Positions 54,907 through 64,000 of a DNA stretch of 64,000 nt are shown piece by piece. Each line of letters begins with the position of its first letter. The first letter of the stretch is position 1. A model generated the notes under the pieces. It saw only the letters and a list, made by a program, of their open reading frames with translations. It was not told where the DNA came from and ran no database searches. This DNA comes from Octopus sinensis (taxonomy: Eukaryota): assembly GCF_006345805.1 (NCBI RefSeq), contig NC_043006.1:37262001-37326000 (forward strand), given 5' to 3'. Made by a program: the position numbers and the translations under genes.

Positions 54907-55207
54907 TGAAGGCGCATGGCTCAGTGATTAGACCGTCGAGCTTACGATCGTGAGGCTGTGAGTTCGAATCCCGGATCGGGTTGCGTGTTGTGATCTTGAG
55001 CAAAACACTTTATTTCACGTTGCTCCAGTTCACTCAGCTGTAGAAATGAGTTGCGACGTCACTGGTGCCAAGCCGTTTCGGCCTTTGCCTCTCCCTTGGA
55101 TAACACTGGTGGCGTGGAGAGGGGAGGCCGACTGCCCGTACTTGTGCCTGGAAGAGTAACTCTCTAGGTGCAATCCTATGGTCAGTCATGACTGAAGGGG
55201 GCCTCAG
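54907..55207 (+). mobile_element. tRNA-derived SINE family C
   Basis: A box tggctcagtga, B box gagttcgaatcc, body cttgagcaaaacactttatttcacgttgctccagttcactcagctg. Confidence 0.9.
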
Positions 55208-55377
55208 CACACATATATATATATATATATAATTATATATATATATATATATATACACACAACACACACACACATTATATATATATATATATATATATAT
55301 ATGCATGTATGAAAAAGTATATATAAGGATATTTTCACTATTATATCATGCATAAAAAACCATAAACGTAAATAATT

Positions 55378-55555
55378 ATTAATTGATAATGAGGGGTACT
55401 AGGGTTAGTGCCAGAATGCTAAAATAGCAGTAAGAAATGACTTAAGACCACAAATTTTCACTAATACACAAGTGAAAATTTGTGGTCTTAAGTCGTTCCT
55501 TACTGCTATTTTAGCATGTTGGCACTATCTTCAGTACCCCTCATTATTAATTAAT
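55378..55555. repeat. Long hairpin / palindromic MITE (85-bp arms, 8-nt loop)
   Basis: ...gacttaagaccacaaattttcact [aatacaca] agtgaaaatttgtggtcttaagtc... pairing extends outward to attaatt.ataatgaggggtact / agtacccctcattattaattaat. Confidence 0.9.
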
Positions 55556-55569
55556 ATATATGTATGTAT

Positions 55570-55881
55570 ATATGTATTCTCATGTATATAGTAACATATC
55601 AAGATATGCTCATATATATTTAATTGATAAACTTCTGGAAAGTTTTACAGATTTCTACAGTTCCAGTGATGGATTGGATATATAGTCTTCGAATTAGCTT
55701 TCTCCTGTTTGGTTTTGAGAAGCTTAATTCCTCAAGATTGGTATTTAGGCAGTGTGTTACATATCCTAGGGCCCCAATAATTACAGGTATAAATCTGAAC
55801 TTGTAATCTGGATAGAGCAACTACAGATTTCTCTTTTTCACTGATCTTCAGCTTTATGTTAGCATCCGCTGGTCAGCTAAT
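55570..55881 (-). pseudogene. R4/Dong LINE 3' end (5'-truncated)
   Basis: YPDYKFRFIPVIIGALGYVTHCLNTNLE...TGTVEICKTFQKF; near-identical to 60874-61146. Confidence 0.8.
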
Positions 55882-56341
55882 TTGTTTGTTTGTTTGTATG
55901 TGTATGTATGTATGTATGTATGTATGTATGTATGTATGTATGTATGTATGTATGTATATGTATGTATGTATCGGGGAGTAGATACAAATGAACGGGTTTC
56001 ATAAAGTGTTCCATTTTGTCAATAAATAGTTAAAAAATATATATTAAATGCTGCAATATATGTATATACACAATGCAATATGTTATCTGAATATAGTAGT
56101 TATTGTCAAGACAGTGTTGATATTGTGGAACAGTGCTAATTTCGTTACTTTTATACCTGTATAGCTACTAGAAACTGTATGATCCGCGTGCGCGCAAATA
56201 TTAATACAATTATCCGTATTAGGTTCCAGGTTTTTAGATGTCAAACTTTTATAGGTGTAATCCGCAATTGTCACTGATGGATGAGAAATTTCATAATAAC
56301 GATAATGATAATAATAGTTCTTATTATTGTTGCTGTGATTT

Positions 56342-56382
<41 letters not shown>

Positions 56383-56399
56383 ACATATATGTATATATA

Positions 56400-56443
<44 letters not shown>

Positions 56444-57083
56444 TGCATATACATACATATATATATATGTGTGTGTGTGTGGTGTGTGTGGTGTGTGTGC
56501 ATGTGTGTATATAATGAAATCAGCACTCCTCGACATTAAACTTCTTATATATTTCACTAGTAATATCGTATTGACTTTATATTAGCGAATATATGCCCGG
56601 GCATTAACATGCATTAATAGCGGCTCTTAAAGTTGTGCGATATGAAACTGAGATAATAACCGTTGCTAGCCTGAATAATGACATTGCAATTATATATTAC
56701 GTTAATTATAGAGCAATTACATTCCAGTGGACATCTAGGGGCTGATCTACAGTTACATGTACGTGATTAATCATGGAATGTCTTAGAGAGCTCAGTAAAC
56801 TCATGCGTTCCCTGCAGCTCTTCAAGTTGCTTTTCCCCATATTGCTTTTACCATTATCATTGTTGTGTTTCATTTCAATGTTAGTCTCACTAGAGATATT
56901 TTTGCAACAATTTTTGTTATAGTTGTTGCGGGTAGAACTCAGATATCCTGCGACAAGGAACGATCAACAAAAAAAAAACAAAAAAAACACACTCCATCCA
57001 GGGAGAGGCTTTAATCTGCCAAACGATAAGTCCAACGGCAAGAAACAATTAGTAGGTCTTGTTTTTATACAGTCTACATTAAA

Positions 57084-57133
<50 letters not shown>

Positions 57134-57859
57134 TCATCATCATCATCATCTGTAGAACATATATCCGAAAAAGAAGCATACTTTAACCGTTCGAGTAGTA
57201 AAGTATTTTCAGGAAGTTAATTGTATGTCCGGTCATAGAGTGACCAATAGTTTCGCATCCATAAAGCGCTTAACATTATTAGACGACTCGCCAGTCTCCA
57301 GTGACCGCGGGGGTCTATATAACCTCTTTGCTTCGAAGGTTTTGAGGTCGTTGATTTTGGGCGGAAACCTCCTAGATTTGATCCCATACATGTTGGCTTC
57401 TGAGGATGGCATGGTTTGGACATAGAAATATGCCTTTACATCTCATCCGCCTTCTGTGGTCAATCATCCTCTCGAGAAGCATTTTGGTGTAAAGCTCGTT
57501 AGACGGTGTTGGTATATTTTTCTGTCGAACAACTGACGTATATAGCTCCATATTATCCGAGAGACGTGGCTTTCGTGATTTTGTAGATGGTGTGCAGCCG
57601 GTGGTACGGCTGCCTGTGGCCACTAGACTCTGACCGGACATATCATTAACTTCCCATAAATATGTGTGTGTGCATGTGTGTATGTGTATGTATGCATGTA
57701 TGTATTTATGTAGGTAGGTAGATAGATAGGTACAAACACACACACATACATACATACGTGCACACATATATACGGTGCAAAATTTTTTAAAAATTCAAAG
57801 CCGAGTAAAAAAAAAAAAAAAGACGAAAAGCAAACAGAGTGCATTATATTTATGTCCAG

Positions 57860-57960
57860 GAAAAAATAGAAAGTAAAGTCTTTTACGTTTCGAGCATAGG
57901 CTCTTCATCAGATAGAACAGAGGAGGAGAGAAATAATATGGAAAGAGAAAAGAACGAATG
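57860..57960 (-). ncRNA. Minimal type-I hammerhead with intact core in the short repeat family
   Basis: Minus 57916-57879: TCTAT CTGATGA A GAGC CTAT GCTC GAAAC GTA^ AAAGA; palindromic ACGT stem III. Confidence 0.72.
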
Positions 57961-58254
57961 TGACTCCATCAGATTGTCACCACTTGCTGAATAACTGAAC
58001 AGCTGAATACATGTATACAAAAGAAGGGAAGGATAAATTGTTGGTATTACATTTATTACAAGGTTTAAAATTGGTTCTATAACGTATGGATGATTAATCA
58101 TGTAACATGCATGAAGACTAGACAGAGAACAATGGTATTATCAAATCGATGATATCACATGAATTATATAAAGATTGGCCCACATTCATCTCGTCATAAA
58201 CACTATTTGTTCACAAAGGTTATGAGTAGATAGATATAAGTTTAACATCATATA

Positions 58255-58502
58255 CAGGGGAGGGGGTGCAAAAATAGGTAGACAGTAAGTATCACGTGTT
58301 ATAATACTTAATTCATTAAAATTATTAGCACATTAAATTAGTTGGCCTAATTTTCAGTGTCATTAATCATAATAATACATTTATCATAATTATAATAATA
58401 CTTTTAATGTAACTTTATATTTGTTTTGATAAAAATAAATGAGTAGTGTACGTGTTTCTGTTTTTTTTTTCATAATTGTATGTCTACTTTTGCCCCACCC
58501 TG
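58255..58502. mobile_element. Tc1/mariner-type MITE
   Basis: TA-cagggg...gcaaaaataggtagaca / tgtctacttttgccccaccctg-TA. Confidence 0.7.
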
Positions 58503-58521
58503 TATTTATTTCTTATTTACA

Positions 58522-59305
<784 letters not shown>

Positions 59306-59322
59306 CCACAGAACCATAATCA

Positions 59323-59409
<87 letters not shown>

Positions 59410-59747
59410 GTAACTATGCACATACACACTCACACACATATATGTAAACATCTATATATACATATATATATACTTATATGTATATATCTCTGTGTGTGTG
59501 TGCATATATATGTATAAGTGTAAGTGTGCGTGTGTGTTTGAATTTATGTCAAGCTATAAGAAAAATCAATTTTGCATTAAACCGATGGACTATTCAATAA
59601 CTTTTGTAGGGTGCGCATTCATTGTTCTTTAATAAGAATTGTATTGACTGTAACTTTGAAGTTCCAGCCTACATAGCCTTCTTTGGACTCTCCGAAGAAA
59701 GCTAAGCAGGTCGAAACTTCGAAATCACGGCCAATAGTATCAACATA

Positions 59748-59778
<31 letters not shown>

Positions 59779-60224
59779 TGTATGTATGTATGTATGTATG
59801 TATGCATGCATGCATGTATATATGTATGCATGCATGCTGTATGCATGTATGTATGTATGTATGTATGTATGTATGTATGTATGTATGTATGTATGTATGC
59901 ATTCGTATATGTATGGATAATGATTAATTATAATGTTTGCAGGTAACCTCTCAGCATAAAACGGAAGCACATTAAAATGTTGGATAATGTAGTTATATCA
60001 AACCGTTAATGTAATCAAAATTAATCGGTCCGAAACTTTTATACTTGTTTAATTATTAAACTTTAATGTTATCGGTCGATTGCTCAAAGCATACGTTTCG
60101 ACTTCAAGTAATTTAATGTGATTTAAAGAAAGGGGCTTCCATTGAATAAATACATACATTCTCACCCTTTCTCTCCCTCACTCTCATCTTTGTCTGTTTG
60201 CGTGTGTCTTTCTCTTTTGTCTGC

Positions 60225-60273
<49 letters not shown>

Positions 60274-60457
60274 ATACAAATGAATACAATAAATACATCA
60301 ATGTAGAGCAGAACTGTTAGTAAAAGGCAAACATTACAACATATTAAACTATTAGACGACATATATTCTCTATGTCTCTTCATCTCCATCTTCGTAATCC
60401 ACTCACTCTCTCTCACTACCCCTCTTTTTATTTCTGTTTCTGTCGGTCTGCCTACGT

Positions 60458-61642
60458 TTTACCTTATTTCAGCAATTAGACTGTGATCATGCTGGAGCAC
60501 TGCCGTGAAGAAATTTTAGTCGAATGAATCGACCCAAGTATTTGTTTTTTCTATTTTTTTTAAAACCTGGTACTTATCCTATAGGACGTAATATTGTCAG
60601 ACTATGGTGGGGCACAAACACACACAGTTTTATTTCAAGATTTCTTGCCAAAGGAGAAAGAACCGGTTTCTAAACTAGACCTAAGGCTCTTTCATTGGAA
60701 TTTCAACATCAACAGCAGGTTATTTTTGTTTGAATGTATGTATGTTTGTATACATGTATACATATATGTATGTATGTGTGCATGTATGCATGTATATGTG
60801 AAGATTTGTATGTTTTGTTTTATGTATGTATTCTCATGCATATACTTGCATATCTAGACACACTCATATATATTTAAATGATAAACTTTTGGAAAGTTTT
60901 ACAGATTTTTACAGTTCCAGTGATGGATTGGATCTGTAGTCTTCGAATTAGCTTTCTCCATTCTGGTTTTGAGAAACCTAATTTCTCAAGATTGGTATTT
61001 AGGCAGTGTGTTACATATCCCAGTGCCCCAATAATTACAGGTATAAACCTGAACTGGTAGTATAGATAGAGTAACTGAAGATTTCTCAATAGTTGAGCGT
61101 AGGTATTTTCTTTTTCACTGATCTTCAGCTTTATGTTAATTTCCACAACTGTACACAGTTTCTCTTCTTTATCCTAAATCATTATATCAGGTCTGTTGTG
61201 CTTACATTTTATTGAGGTCTTCACTGGTACATTCCACCAGTATTCCTTTTTATTATGAGTAGCAATGGCCTCTATTTCTTTGTCCTTGGAATTATCCTTT
61301 ATTGAGTGTCCTAGCTACGATGTCATGTCTCATCGGTGATGACATTTTCGGACAACTGCTTATGATGTGGGTGATATCTTCAGTGTGAACTGCACAAAGT
61401 CTGCATCGGTTGTCACATTTTACGGCTTTTGCTGCATCTCTATTCCTTTTGTGCTTCAGGTACTTGGTTGATATGTATGTACGACTGGCTTCTTTCCGTC
61501 TCTATCTACCAAATCTACTCAAATGCTTTAATCAGCCCGAGGCTATAGAAGAAACTTGCCCAAAAGTGCTGCAGTAGGACACTGAACTCGGAGCCATGTG
61601 GTTGGGAAGCAAGCTTCTTACCACACAACCGTACCCGCACCT
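60458..61642 (-). mobile_element. SINE family A split by an R4/Dong LINE
   Basis: 3' half at 60458-60625 and 5' half at 61480-61642, in register. Confidence 0.75.
60625..61472 (-). pseudogene. R4/Dong-clade LINE 3' part: CCHC knuckle, restriction-like endonuclease and 3' UTR
   Basis: CRLCAVHTEDITHIISSC (Cx2Cx8Hx4C), RHDIVA, HNRPDIMI...VVEI...EKENTY, IPVIIGALG; 3' UTR ends with aataaa at ~60630. Confidence 0.88.
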
Positions 61643-61782
61643 AAGTTTATCCTTTCTTCTTTTTTTTAGCAGTGAAGAGAAAGAGAGAGAGAGAGAGAAA
61701 TAGTTGAAGAGCAATGGAGTAAGAGAGAGGGAAAGGAGAAGGGAAAGATATAAAGATCAATTGTGAGAGAAGACGAAGAATG

Positions 61783-61816
<34 letters not shown>

Positions 61817-61914
61817 CGAAGGATTAATTAGTAATGGAGAGAAAGAGGAAGGAGAAGAATTAAGGGACAGATATAAAGAATAATGTTAGGAAGAGAGGAA
61901 GGGTACTGAGGGGA

Positions 61915-61950
<36 letters not shown>

Positions 61951-62263
61951 GCTAGAGAGACGAAAAGTAAGAGAGAGAGAGAGAGAGCGAGATGAAGGAT
62001 ACAGAGAAAGAAAGAGAAAGAGGTACGGAGAAATGCGTGTAAGAGTAAACGAAGAGAAAACATGGCTGGCATTTACTGTCAACCATTAAGGTGTGCAATA
62101 GTAGTAGTAGTAGTAGTAGACATACACATGCATGTATATATAAACATACATATGTATGTATACACAGACACATATGCATGTGTATACGTTAATGCAATTA
62201 TATAATTATTTACGTACGTATGTATGCACATATGCATATATATATAATGGTGTGTGTGTGTGT

Positions 62264-62309
<46 letters not shown>

Positions 62310-62556
62310 CATATATATATATATATGCATGTGAATATGTATATTTATGTATATGTAGACGTGTGTGTGTGTGTGTATGAATGGATTGTACGTATGGATA
62401 CACACTCACATGCGCATACAGATGTACATATTCGTGCACCGTAGGATTACCAACAATGGCAGCAGCAGAGATTTTCTGTACCAAAAAAAATAGACATCTA
62501 CTGATCTATTAATAGAAGACTGGGCTACACATCAGAAATTCCGCTTACATAATTAA

Positions 62557-62683
<127 letters not shown>

Positions 62684-63114
62684 TATATACATATATATAT
62701 GTATATATATATTATGTAAGCATGTATATTATGTGTATATTATGCATGTATGCATGTATAAATATATGCCAGTATGTAAAGAGAAAAAAGTCCATTATGG
62801 CCCTATGTCTCTTCTCTCTCTCATCTGATTATGTCCAGGCTTATATCTCCCAAGATAATGCTACATGAAAACCAGTTTTGTGAAAAATTTCGAGGATGAA
62901 ATAAAATAGCTCTTTGAATTGGAAGAATTAATGTTCTATTGGGAGGAATAAGTGCGGTACAATTGTTAGAAAATCTCTTGCCTTAAAGAGTTCAAAGAGT
63001 TATGATTGAAAAGGTAATTGCTATACCGGCTGAGGTGAATTCTTCTCTGGTCGTAGATTTCATTACTGATTTTTCAAATTTATTTTTGGATAAACGGGCA
63101 AATTGGCTAAATCA

Positions 63115-63442
63115 TTGACTGGCACTCCGTCAGTTACGACGACGACGGTTCCAGTTGATCCGATCAACGGAACAGCCTTCGTGAAATTAACGTGCAAGTG
63201 ACTGAGTATTCCACAGACATGCGTATCCTCAACGCGGTTCCGAAGGAGATTTTGCGTGGCACAGAACGTGACAAGGCTGGCCCTTTACAATACAAGTATT
63301 ACTCATTTTTGCCAGCTGAGTGAACTGGGGGCAATGAGAAATAAAGTGTCTTGCTCAAGGACACAACGTTTCAGTGGGAATCGAACTCGTGACCTAACGA
63401 TTATGATTCGAATGCCCCTAACCACTAAGCCACTCACCTTCA
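63115..63442 (-). mobile_element. tRNA-derived SINE family D (shares core with C, different tail)
   Basis: Minus: tggcttagtggttagg...gagttcgattccc...ccttgagcaagacactttattt...cagttcactcagctgg; tail gatcggatcaactggaacc...gacggagtgcc. Confidence 0.82.
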
Positions 63443-63506
63443 CAGAAAAAAATATACTTTGCAACTTCTGTTGCGACTCTTTCTGTTCTGAGTTTTTGGA
63501 CGTTGA

Positions 63507-64000
63507 TTAACCCATTCGTGCCAAAACTTTTCTAGCGAATGAAATTGCCTGAAAATTCACAGATACTATTATTTTGACCTAAATAACGACTGAAAAAAAT
63601 TTCATTGAAATCCGTTTGATACAGACTGCATACGTCTTGTTTCATTCTTTGATACAGATCATACACAAATCACAATTTGCATCAAGTATTTGTTTTATAC
63701 CCTTATAAATTAAGTGTCAGTTTAAACGGACAATCGATATGACTGGGTTAATCTCTTCGGCGATTTAACACTAACTTGTCTTTGGTTGATTTCAGTGGAG
63801 TGAATTATTTTGCAAGCATTCGTGTCTGTTCTCGAATTTGGGAACAAGTTACCCCTTTCTATCAATCTGTTTCGGAAGACCCCCAAATAATTCTTTTTAA
63901 TTTTGGCATGAGGTGAGGAATTTATCGACCACAGTGTTTGAATTGTAATATATTTTACCAACCCAGAATGGATGAAGGACATATTTGGCCACGGTGGCGT
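63507..64000. mobile_element. Possible piggyBac-like element left end
   Basis: TTAA-CCCATTCGTG terminus followed by AT-rich non-coding sequence; the other end is not in the window. Confidence 0.35.

Noticed and set aside
54907-54985. tRNA-like sequence with A and B boxes (also heads of SINE families A, B, D)
   Set aside because: No complete cloverleaf or terminator; continues into a SINE body present in multiple copies.
56719-56790. acattcca...tggaatgt inverted octamer resembling miR-1 seed
   Set aside because: Only the first 8 nt match miR-1 and there is no extended pre-miRNA stem.

Overview
AT-rich, microsatellite-saturated eukaryotic DNA. The SINE repertoire points to an octopus (coleoid cephalopod) genome; that assignment is an inference. 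The only host coding sequence I can support is the first coding exon of a METTL2-like tRNA m3C methyltransferase on the minus strand (3072-3190), so most of the window is probably upstream or intergenic. The rest is a layered mobile-element landscape. It holds about 35-40 tRNA-derived SINE copies from 4-5 families, many nested, multimerised or in inverted pairs. It also holds decayed LINEs (R4/Dong, CR1, RTE), Penelope-like element (PLE) fragments, and DNA transposons or MITEs (Merlin, hAT, Tc1, maT/mariner, piggyBac-like, Tigger-like, Helentron-associated). The most notable hidden structure is a set of about nine type-I hammerhead ribozyme motifs in 3-4 sequence families. They include a core-intact pair inside a ~700-bp inverted duplication (24095-25705), versions with a greatly extended stem II, and a short hammerhead-bearing element that abuts (TA)n. 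Other highlights are a twin-priming-type inverted RTE insertion, a SINE interrupted by two Merlin-type elements, and R4/Dong fragments whose 5' junctions sit on (CATA)n. Nearly all ORFs in the supplied track are microsatellite artefacts. Repeat boundaries are approximate unless TIR or TSD positions are quoted.
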